37,894 nucleotides of DNA from a virus (lineage: Duplodnaviria; Caudoviricetes). The DNA is taken from IMG/VR virus record IMGVR_UViG_3300025128_000132, positions 1 through 37,894 of that record. The stretch is one strand, 5' to 3'. The position numbers and the translations under genes were made by a program. Positions 25,728-34,048 of the stretch are shown one piece after another (the stretch's first letter is position 1; each line of letters opens with the position of its first letter). A model generated the notes under the pieces. The model had not been told where the DNA came from, ran no database searches, and saw only the letters and a list, made by a program, of their open reading frames with translations.

Positions 25728-27044
25728 ATGTCGCACAATCCATTTCATTTAACTAACGGACCCTGGTATGCGTCCCAAGAGGAACGCCGCCGTGCCCAGG
25801 AACTAGCGGAACGGGATCGCCAACAACGGGAACGCCGGCAGGAACTTCAGGACGCACCAAATGCGTGGCAGAGTATTCGTGGATTACTTGAGCCGGAAAC
25901 CGGGGCCGGAACAGCTGGGCTTATAGGTGCTTCTGTTCTGCCAGGCGTAGGTGAAGCTATCGATGTGGCAGACCTGGCCGCTGGTTTTCAGGATCGCGAC
26001 CTTGGTCGTATGGGTTGGGCTGCTGGTGGACTGCTACTTCCGGCTGTTGCTGGGTCTACACTGAGAAAGATCGTGCAACGGGGAGCAGACGAGCTCCCAG
26101 TGGATGAGGCGAGTCGGGTGGCAAGAAGAGATGAATGGGTCGAGCCAAGTGCGGTTAAGGACCAAGTGTATCACGGGACTACCCATGTGGTTGATGAGTT
26201 CGATCCCAAGATGGGACACGCCGAAAGCCATCATGGTCGGTCGCTGTATTTCAGCACATCTCCGGATGATGTTGCCCGGAATTATGCCAGGGCCGATGGC
26301 CCAGACTTAACAAGACATTACGAATCAAAGGTGGATGAGATAATGGGCCGCGATGATTTGAGTTACGACAATCCGGCGCATAAAGCTCAAGCAGCAGCGG
26401 AAGCCGAAGCTCTCGTTCTTGGGCCACATCAAGGCGCGACAATTCCAGCTCACTTGCGACTGAAAAATCCAGTGGACACCCGGGAAGGTGGCACGTTCTT
26501 CGAGTGGAACGAGGAATACCTTGAAGATTTGGATGAATGGACTGAGCCTGAAGGATCATTAGTAGACCTACTTGACTCTCTAGATAATGTTTCATGGAAG
26601 CTGGATATGGACCCTGGTGATTTCAAGCAGATGGTGGTAGAACACGCGATAGATGAAGGTGGAATCTCCGCGAAAGATTTTGAAAGACTTATGCGAGGCA
26701 ACAGCGCGGCTGATCCTATGTTCGATTTCTATGATGCGTGGGATGATGTCCATGATACGCCGCTTGGAGGCCCAGGAGAGTTGCTGCGCCGTATATATAT
26801 GGACGCTGGCTATGATGGCACCATCGTGGATGCAATGGATCAGTTCGGCAACCACGGGTTTGGCATGAAAGGGGTGGAGGACGCAATCCATTATGCAGTG
26901 TTTGAACCGAAGAATATCCGGTCGCCGTTTGCTCTATTCGATCCGTCACAAATAGAAAGTGGACATCTCAGTGCTGGCTTGGCTGGGTTGCTGGGCACTG
27001 GCATGGTTCGAGCCCAGAATAGAGAAAATTATGTAGAGCGATGA
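25728..27044 (+). CDS. Effector-like protein: pre-toxin-TG-like module plus ADP-ribosyltransferase-like domain (ART-PolyVal type)
   Basis: VYHGT...FD, LYFSTS...A..YA, IPAHLRLKNP, AGYDG, YAVFEPKNIRSPFALFDP. Confidence 0.75.
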   Translation: MSHNPFHLTNGPWYASQEERRRAQELAERDRQQRERRQELQDAPNAWQSIRGLLEPETGAGTAGLIGASVLPGVGEAIDVADLAAGFQDRDLGRMGWAAGGLLLPAVAGSTLRKIVQRGADELPVDEASRVARRDEWVEPSAVKDQVYHGTTHVVDEFDPKMGHAESHHGRSLYFSTSPDDVARNYARADGPDLTRHYESKVDEIMGRDDLSYDNPAHKAQAAAEAEALVLGPHQGATIPAHLRLKNPVDTREGGTFFEWNEEYLEDLDEWTEPEGSLVDLLDSLDNVSWKLDMDPGDFKQMVVEHAIDEGGISAKDFERLMRGNSAADPMFDFYDAWDDVHDTPLGGPGELLRRIYMDAGYDGTIVDAMDQFGNHGFGMKGVEDAIHYAVFEPKNIRSPFALFDPSQIESGHLSAGLAGLLGTGMVRAQNRENYVER

Positions 27045-28426
27045 GCTACACTGACCAACTGATCTTGATGCGGGAAGATCCCGTATTGTTCGTGGAAGGT
27101 ATCCTGAAAGCAGAGCCAGATCCGTGGCAAGCCGATGTGATGACGGCGGTAGCTGCCGGAGCTCGCGGTGTCAGCATCCGCTCAGGTCACGGAGTCGGGA
27201 AGACGAGCTGCTTATCTTGGCTGGCTCTTTGGTGGATTTCCACACATTACCATGCGAAGGTGGTAATGACCGCACCAACCTCAGCCCAGCTGCAAGATGC
27301 TTTGCTGCCCGAAACAAAAGCATGGCTCAAACAAGCACCAGCTGGCTACCGAGATCTGTTCAACGTCAAAGCGGATCGCATCGAGCTCATCTCAGACGCT
27401 GAACGCAATTTCATATCTGCGAAGACATCGAGGGCTGAACAGCCAGATGCGCTTCAGGGCGTTCACGCTGACAGCGTTTTATTGATATGCGACGAAGCCA
27501 GCGGAGTACCAGAACAAGTTTACGAGTCTGCCGGTGGATCAATGTCGGCGCATCGAGCGTCTATGGTTTTGGCCGGTAACCCGGTCAGGAGCTCTGGCTA
27601 CTTCTACGACACATTCCACAAACTGAGCGAGAGTTGGAAGACGTTCCATGTGTCCTGTGAAGACACCGCCCGGGTATCTGAAGATTATATCGAAGAGTGC
27701 CGGGTACGTTACGGTGAAGAAAGCAACGTCTATCGAGTGCGGGTGCTGGGTGAGTTCCCCCGGGGCGACGATGATACGGTAATCGCCCAGGAGCTCATCA
27801 CCGAAGCGATCAGCCGTGACGTTGAGCCTACGCCATTTGGTCCTACGGTATGGGGCGTGGATGTAGCACGGTTTGGGTCCGATTCATCAGCACTTTGTAA
27901 GCGAAAAGGAAATGCGATCACTGAGCCGATCCGGCTGTGGCGTAACCTCGACACCATGCAGCTGACCGGGGCAGTGAAAGCTGAATACGATTCGACCGAC
28001 GAGAAACCGATGGAAATTTTTGTTGATTCTATCGGATTAGGTGCAGGAGTGGTTGACCGGCTGCGTGAGCTGGGGCTGCCGGCTTACGGGATCAATGTCG
28101 CTGAAAGTCCTGCGCTGGGCACTCAATACATGAACCTTCGCTCCGAGCTCTGGTATAAGGCTAAGGCTTGGTTGGAAGGTCGAGATGTTCGACTTCCTCG
28201 AGATCCGACTTTGAAGGCCGAGCTCGCTACCGTGCGATATAGTTATACGTCGAGTGGGCGAGTGAAGATTGAATCGAAGGGCGAGCTCAAGAAGCGGGGC
28301 GTGGCATCACCAGACTCAGCTGACGCATTCGTATTGACCTTTGCCAGTGACGCAGGAACCGCGATTGGTGGTAGGAGCTCGAGACACACAGGCAAGCTCA
28401 AGCGGAATTTAGCAGGAGTAATTTAG
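27041..28426 (+). CDS. terL: Terminase large subunit
   Basis: PDPWQ, RSGHGVGKT Walker A, ICDEASG Walker B, GVDVARFGSD, SPDSADA nuclease motifs. Confidence 0.96.
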   Translation: MSYTDQLILMREDPVLFVEGILKAEPDPWQADVMTAVAAGARGVSIRSGHGVGKTSCLSWLALWWISTHYHAKVVMTAPTSAQLQDALLPETKAWLKQAPAGYRDLFNVKADRIELISDAERNFISAKTSRAEQPDALQGVHADSVLLICDEASGVPEQVYESAGGSMSAHRASMVLAGNPVRSSGYFYDTFHKLSESWKTFHVSCEDTARVSEDYIEECRVRYGEESNVYRVRVLGEFPRGDDDTVIAQELITEAISRDVEPTPFGPTVWGVDVARFGSDSSALCKRKGNAITEPIRLWRNLDTMQLTGAVKAEYDSTDEKPMEIFVDSIGLGAGVVDRLRELGLPAYGINVAESPALGTQYMNLRSELWYKAKAWLEGRDVRLPRDPTLKAELATVRYSYTSSGRVKIESKGELKKRGVASPDSADAFVLTFASDAGTAIGGRSSRHTGKLKRNLAGVI

Positions 28427-28534
28427 GGGGCCTATGCTGGTGGGGTGTGGGATCTCACGGCGAGGCTTAAATAACCACAGGGAATCATCTTCCACTCTGC
28501 CCCGGAAGCCCGGTGCCCCTAAGTGTTTTGGTTT

Positions 28535-28564
28535 TTGACAGAATTTGACCTAGAAGGGTATGTT
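28535..28564 (+). promoter_or_regulatory. Putative late promoter upstream of portal
   Basis: TTGACA-N18-TATGTT. Confidence 0.5.
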
Positions 28565-28595
28565 ATCAGTGGGGCAGGGGATTGGAGTACCATCT

Positions 28596-30662
28596 TTGGC
28601 ATACATAGATGAGGCCGAAACTGAGGCCGGCGTAGGGATGACCGAAGAGGAGCTGGAAAGCTCTGTTCGTTCAGCCATTGAAGACGCTATTCAGTACATC
28701 GATGACGAGATCAGCCCTATCCGGGCCGAAGCTACTAAATACTACCGTGGTGAGCCGTTCGGCAATGAGGTTGTTGGTAGATCGCAAGTAGTGTCTCGAG
28801 ATGTGCGTGACGCCGTCCAGGCGGTGCTGCCCTCGATGATGCGCGTCTTTTTCGGATCGTCCAAGGCGGTCGAGTTCATTCCCCGGAACCCAGATGATGT
28901 GGCTATGGCAGAACAGGCCACAGATTATACGAATTACATCCTCCAGGCCGACAACGATGGCCTTGAGATTTTCTATAGCGTCTTCAAGGACGCTTTGATG
29001 AACCGTGGCGGGTTCGTTAAATGGTGGTGGGATGATTCGCTAGAAGTAAATACACACACATTTGAAGGCTTGGACGAGGGATCGCTAGGACTGATACTCC
29101 AGGAGGAAGGAGTTGAAGCTGTGTCGGTAGTCGGCAAGCCGGCACTTGGTGTCAGCGAAGAGCAGATGATGCAGCTCGCAGCCCAAGGTCAGCCGGCTCC
29201 GCAAATGTATGATGTTGAAATTAAGAGGAGCCGAAAGCGGAATCGGGTTAAAGTTGAAACAATGCCGCCGGAAGAATTTTTTGTAGATGCGGCAGCTACT
29301 TCTCTGGACGATTGCCAGATTTGTGGACACCGCACAATGGCTACGGTGAGCTCGCTTGTCGCGTTGGGCTATGACCAAGAGATGCTCGAAGAGCACCTGA
29401 CAGATGAAGTTGGGTTTATCGACAGCCAAGAATATATCGCTAGGACTTCAGACCCAGACACTCGGAGCCCATTGTCGGCCTACGAACGTAGGCGCGTTCT
29501 GTACGTCGAAGCATGGACCTATATCGATTATGACGGTGACGGCATTGCAGAGCTCAGAAGAATCTGCACGATAGGCGACAACTATGAAGTTGTGAACAAT
29601 GAGCCGGCTACAAGTATTCCGTTTGCCGTGTTCAATGCAGATCCGGAGCCGCACGTTTTCTTTGGGTCTGACCTGGCTGACCTGACCAAAGACATACAGA
29701 GAATCAAGTCAGCTACGATTCGCGGTATGCTCGACAGTCTGGCGTTCAGCCTTTATCCACGCATGGGTGTGGTAGACGGGATGGTGGATTTGGACGATGT
29801 GATGAACGATGAGCCTGGCGCGATTATCCGACAGCGACAGCCTGGGATGGTTACACCGTACACTGTGCCGTTCCTGGGCAAGGACGCTTTTCCGATGGTC
29901 GCCTACCTGGATCAGATGAAAGAATCACGCACCGGCCAAACGGCTGCATCACAAGGGCTTGACCCGGATGTGCTGCAATCGACTACCCGGGCAGCTGTCC
30001 AGGCGACAGTGAAAGGGGCCGAACAGCACCTCGAGCTCATGGCTCGACTTTTCGCGAACGGCTTCAAGCGTATGATGAAAGGAATCCTCGAATTGGTGAC
30101 CACTCACCAAAACCGCGAGCGCGTTGTTCGACTACGCGACACCTGGGTGCCCGTCGATCCGCGAGTGTGGGACGCTACGATGGACTGCGAAGCATCCGTT
30201 GGGTTAGGTAGTGGTTTGACCGACGAGAAACTCGCAGTGCTCGCCCAGGTTGCAGGACAGCAGAAAGAAATCCTAGAGAAACTCGGACCCGATAACCCAT
30301 TGGTTGGGCTAGGCCAGTTCAGGAATACATTAGCGAAGATGCTCGAAGTGGCAGGGTTCAAAGATGCGAACCAGTTCTTCAAGCCGATCCCAATTGATTG
30401 GACGCCGCCACCACCAGAGGAACCCCCGCAGCCCTCAATTGAGGAGCAAATGCTCCAGGTGCAGATGGCTGATATTCAGACCCGAGCTCAGATAGAGCAG
30501 CAGAAACTGCAACTGGGAGTAATGAAACAGCAGCAGCTCGATGAACGTGAGTCGGCTAGGATTGCTGGCGACTTGGCGATTAGGGAGTTCCAAGCTGAAG
30601 AGAAATTCCAGAATGATGTAGATCTCGAGATTGTGAAAGCTAATCTAAAGGAAGGCTTATGA
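28596..30662 (+). CDS. Portal protein (P22/SU10-like)
   Basis: YYRGEPFGNE..GRSQVVS.DV, FKDAL, PPEEFFVD, DYDGDGIAELRR, C-terminal Q-rich barrel; TTG start after GGAG preferred to 28560. Confidence 0.95.
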   Translation: MAYIDEAETEAGVGMTEEELESSVRSAIEDAIQYIDDEISPIRAEATKYYRGEPFGNEVVGRSQVVSRDVRDAVQAVLPSMMRVFFGSSKAVEFIPRNPDDVAMAEQATDYTNYILQADNDGLEIFYSVFKDALMNRGGFVKWWWDDSLEVNTHTFEGLDEGSLGLILQEEGVEAVSVVGKPALGVSEEQMMQLAAQGQPAPQMYDVEIKRSRKRNRVKVETMPPEEFFVDAAATSLDDCQICGHRTMATVSSLVALGYDQEMLEEHLTDEVGFIDSQEYIARTSDPDTRSPLSAYERRRVLYVEAWTYIDYDGDGIAELRRICTIGDNYEVVNNEPATSIPFAVFNADPEPHVFFGSDLADLTKDIQRIKSATIRGMLDSLAFSLYPRMGVVDGMVDLDDVMNDEPGAIIRQRQPGMVTPYTVPFLGKDAFPMVAYLDQMKESRTGQTAASQGLDPDVLQSTTRAAVQATVKGAEQHLELMARLFANGFKRMMKGILELVTTHQNRERVVRLRDTWVPVDPRVWDATMDCEASVGLGSGLTDEKLAVLAQVAGQQKEILEKLGPDNPLVGLGQFRNTLAKMLEVAGFKDANQFFKPIPIDWTPPPPEEPPQPSIEEQMLQVQMADIQTRAQIEQQKLQLGVMKQQQLDERESARIAGDLAIREFQAEEKFQNDVDLEIVKANLKEGL

Positions 30663-30910
30663 GCTTGACACCAGAGCTGAAGGCCAGGCGAGCTCAGGAG
30701 ATCTTGAAAGATGATGTGTTTTTAGAAGCTGTCGAGAACGCTAAAACTAGCGTGATCGCTCAATGGTCTTTGACTGAATTGAACGACATGACAACACGGG
30801 AAAGTCTATACCATCAATGCCGTGGCCTTGACGAAGTTTTAAGGCATCTGCGAACATTGATCAACGATTGGACCGTAGATAAGGAACGTAAGAAAAAAAT
30901 GAGGACATAA
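30659..30910 (+). CDS. Conserved small protein between portal and scaffold
   Basis: ATGA overlap; RAQEIL.D.VF.EA...W....RE.LY pattern. Confidence 0.75.
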   Translation: MSLTPELKARRAQEILKDDVFLEAVENAKTSVIAQWSLTELNDMTTRESLYHQCRGLDEVLRHLRTLINDWTVDKERKKKMRT

Positions 30911-30914
30911 CGAT

Positions 30915-31940
30915 ATGAGTGAACTGGTGGCGACAGAAGCACCTGAACGCACCGGGCCACGCTCTATGGGTGAGATCCAAGACGAACTCGCCCAAGTGCT
31001 CACCGGATCTGATGAGCTACCGCAAGAGGATTCTTCTCAGGAAGAGCCACCTTCGAGCGATTCATTAGAGGCAGGGCAAGAGGAGGATGCCGCGTTAGCC
31101 GATGACGCGGTGGTGGACGAGCAACCAGCTGACGAACCGGAAGGCGAGCTATCTGAAAATGATCAGCCGATTTACACCATCAAGACGGATGGTGAAGAGT
31201 CGCAAGTATCGTTGAACGAACTCGTCGCTGGATACCAGCGAGGTGCGACGTACACACAACGGCAGCAGGAGCTCGCAACAGAGCGGCAGACGCTGGAGGA
31301 ACAACTCCAGAATTTGCCAGCTCAAGAGGCGGCACTGAGCCAGACGTATCAGCAGTACCAGGGGGTACTGCAGCAACTTCGAGCACAGATGGAAGCAGCT
31401 AATCAACCAGCTGACATGGATTGGGCCGCTCTTGAGCGTGAAAATCCAGTGCAGTATTTGCAGCTCAGAGAGCTAGAGCGGCAACGAGCTGGTGAGATTC
31501 AAGCTGTGATCGCGGAACAGCAACGAATGCAAGCTATACAGGAGCAAGAGCGTAAAGAGAAGCTCCAAGAGTATTTAACTGTTCAGCGTGGTCAGGTGCT
31601 CGAAAAAATTCCTGAATGGTCTAATGGTGAAGTTCAAGCTGAAGATCAGCGGAAATTGATGGAGTATGGACAGGTTGAGGGCTACTCCCAGGAGGAGCTC
31701 AGTAAACTGTACGATTCGCGAGCGGTAGTAATACTGCGAAAGGCTATGCTCTACGATGAACTGACCAACGGTACGAAAATCACTGAGGCCAAATCTAAAA
31801 TCGGCAGTGTCCAAGGTGGTAGTCGAGAGACTACGCGCCGGACGCGCACCCGTAAACAGAAGGCACAACGGCAGAAGCTGAGAGCGACCGGCAAGGTTGA
31901 TGACGCTGCTCCATTGTTTGCTGAGATGCTTGCGGAGTAA
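30915..31940 (+). CDS. Capsid scaffolding protein
   Basis: Acidic N-terminus, YTIKTDGEE..VSL.EL..GYQR..YTQR.Q, DW..L...NP, IPEW, basic C-terminus. Confidence 0.9.
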   Translation: MSELVATEAPERTGPRSMGEIQDELAQVLTGSDELPQEDSSQEEPPSSDSLEAGQEEDAALADDAVVDEQPADEPEGELSENDQPIYTIKTDGEESQVSLNELVAGYQRGATYTQRQQELATERQTLEEQLQNLPAQEAALSQTYQQYQGVLQQLRAQMEAANQPADMDWAALERENPVQYLQLRELERQRAGEIQAVIAEQQRMQAIQEQERKEKLQEYLTVQRGQVLEKIPEWSNGEVQAEDQRKLMEYGQVEGYSQEELSKLYDSRAVVILRKAMLYDELTNGTKITEAKSKIGSVQGGSRETTRRTRTRKQKAQRQKLRATGKVDDAAPLFAEMLAE

Positions 31941-31961
31941 CTAAGAGGAAAAAATAATTCT

Positions 31962-32984
31962 ATGGCAGTTGTAGCCAATACTTTTCTGACCTATGACGCT
32001 AAGGGTATCCGGGAGGATCTGTCTGATCTAATTGCAGATATTTCTCCGACGCAGACGCCTTTTCAGAGCAACGTAGGTACGAGAGAAGCCGAGAATAGCT
32101 ACTTCGAGTGGCAGACTGACAGCCTTAGTGCTGCCAGTGCTACACCAGTAGTTGAGGGCCAGGATCTGAGCTCTTATACGGCAGTTAGTCCAACCGTGAG
32201 ACTTGGGAACTATGCCCAGATCAATATGCGCGATTTCATCATATCGGGCACAGAACAGGTAGTACGGAAGGCCGGGCGTCAGTCCGAAGTGGGCTACCAG
32301 GCTGCTAAGGCAGCTAAGGAGCTCAAGCGCGACATCGAGAAGGCTTGTCTACAGAATGCTGGTGCGGTTGCTGGTGCTACGGCGACAGCTCGCGTTACCG
32401 CTGGATTCCCTGCGTGGATTAAGACAAATGTCAGCGCGAATGGGACATCCACTCCTGTAGTGCCTCCGGCGTATACGGGATCTACACCATTGGCTAGTTC
32501 GTCTACGGATATCTGGAATGTCTTCGATACTCCGGAAGCGTTCACGGAAGCTATGCTTAAAACCACGATGCAGTCTTGTTTTGAGTCGGGTGGCGAGCCG
32601 CGTATGTTGATGGTATCACCTTACAACAAGACTGTTGTGAGTGGATTCAGCGGGATTGCTTCTAGCCGCTACAATGTAGACGGTGCAGAGCCTTCCGTGA
32701 TCATCGGTGCCGCTGACATTTATGTCAGTGACTTTGGTAACCTGTCAGTTGTTCCAAACCGTTTCTTCACCACGGTGGTAGATGCTGGCAGTTCAGCGAT
32801 GAACGATTGGGCGTTTTTGATCGACACCGACGAGGTGGCGGTTGCTACGCTACGACCATATCGCATAGAGGCTCTTTCGAAGTCGGGAGATGCGGATAAG
32901 CGAATGGCTCTCTCAGAATGGGGCGTCCAAATGAACAACGAGGCCGCTCACGGATGTGTCGCTGGAATCAAAGCAGTAGCATAA
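31962..32984 (+). CDS. Major capsid protein (SU10/DUF5309-like)
   Basis: GIREDLSDLIADISPTQTPF, FEWQTD.L, ELKRDIE, YVSDFG.L.VVPNRF. Confidence 0.95.
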   Translation: MAVVANTFLTYDAKGIREDLSDLIADISPTQTPFQSNVGTREAENSYFEWQTDSLSAASATPVVEGQDLSSYTAVSPTVRLGNYAQINMRDFIISGTEQVVRKAGRQSEVGYQAAKAAKELKRDIEKACLQNAGAVAGATATARVTAGFPAWIKTNVSANGTSTPVVPPAYTGSTPLASSSTDIWNVFDTPEAFTEAMLKTTMQSCFESGGEPRMLMVSPYNKTVVSGFSGIASSRYNVDGAEPSVIIGAADIYVSDFGNLSVVPNRFFTTVVDAGSSAMNDWAFLIDTDEVAVATLRPYRIEALSKSGDADKRMALSEWGVQMNNEAAHGCVAGIKAVA

Positions 32985-32997
32985 TCCCAAAACCCTT

Positions 32998-33029
32998 GAG
33001 GGGGTGGGGGCGTAAGCCCTTGCCCCCTC
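32998..33029 (+). other. 14-bp RNA hairpin with GNRA loop after major capsid gene
   Basis: GAGGGGGTGGGGGC-GTAA-GCCCTTGCCCCCTC (3 G-U pairs); no U-tract. Confidence 0.7.
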
Positions 33030-33042
33030 CAGCGGGAGTATC

Positions 33043-33408
33043 ATGGCGACAAAAAAAGAACCATTGTTGTCGTATGATGAGGCTACCGGACGAACGGAAG
33101 TCTACCATTATGACGCTATAGAGAACCGCAGCATCATCGAAACGGTGCAAGACATCGAGCCGATTCTGATCCAGAATCGGGCTGATTATAACAGCTTCGA
33201 TGAAAATGCTCGTTGGGGTAGTCCTACACGGCAGTCCCAGGAGACATTTCATCACGTTGGTCGCATTCCAAATGTGATCCTCGAGCAAATGCCAGCTGAG
33301 ATGCGCCAGGGTTTTATGTCCGGAAAGGGGCTGCACGGTAAGGCATGGAAGCGTTGGCTGAATGATTCAGACAACCAGATGTTCCGGACGCGACCTGGTA
33401 GGGTCTAA
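33043..33408 (+). CDS. Conserved virion-associated protein
   Basis: QDIEPIL..N, HHVGRIP, WLND.DN..FRT..GRV motifs; GGGAG RBS. Confidence 0.75.
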   Translation: MATKKEPLLSYDEATGRTEVYHYDAIENRSIIETVQDIEPILIQNRADYNSFDENARWGSPTRQSQETFHHVGRIPNVILEQMPAEMRQGFMSGKGLHGKAWKRWLNDSDNQMFRTRPGRV

Positions 33409-34043
33409 TGGCGAGTATCGGAACGTATGCCCAGCTGCAAACTGAAATCGCGAACTGGTTGGATCGCTCAGATCTAACAAGTCAGATACCGGCGTTTATC
33501 GAGCTCGCAGAAGCCTCATTTAACCGGATCATTCGTGCTCCGGATATGATCACGAAGAATGACAGCTTTTCGATTAGTGGTCAGTACAACACGTTACCAA
33601 GTGACACTCTCGAGATCGTTCGCATCGTTGTAGACGTACAGCCTGTGATTGTACTTGAGTATCTCACGCCACAGGATCTCTCTGAGCTCCGAGGTGAGCT
33701 GACCGGGGGAGGAAAGCCCTACTATTTCACGTTGGTCGGGGGTTCGAGTAATCAGCTGGAGGTGCTGCGCTCTCCGGACCAGACGTACACTTCATCGATA
33801 GTCTACTACACACGCATACCAGCACTGACTGATAGCGCGACAACAAATTGGTTACTGACCGCTAATCCGGACATATATCTGTTCGGAGCCCTAGTTGAAG
33901 CGGAGCCATATTTGAAAAATGATGAACGGATGCCGATGTGGACTAACCGCTTAGACAAAGCCCTGACCACCCTCCGCTTGCAGGGCGAGCGCGAACTCCA
34001 CAGCGGCTCATCACTTCGTATGCGAGCTCAAGTGCTAGGATAA
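33408..34043 (+). CDS. Head-tail adaptor (tail tubular protein A-like)
   Basis: TYAQLQTEIANWLDRSDL..QIP.FI.LAEA, TNWLL..PDIYLFGALVEA.PYLKNDER. Confidence 0.88.
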   Translation: MASIGTYAQLQTEIANWLDRSDLTSQIPAFIELAEASFNRIIRAPDMITKNDSFSISGQYNTLPSDTLEIVRIVVDVQPVIVLEYLTPQDLSELRGELTGGGKPYYFTLVGGSSNQLEVLRSPDQTYTSSIVYYTRIPALTDSATTNWLLTANPDIYLFGALVEAEPYLKNDERMPMWTNRLDKALTTLRLQGERELHSGSSLRMRAQVLG

Positions 34044-34048
34044 ATTAT

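Noticed and set aside
28422-28530. Pistol ribozyme (TTAGGG, TTAAATA, CCCTAAG words)
   Set aside because: Spacing and P1 topology do not fit the pistol consensus
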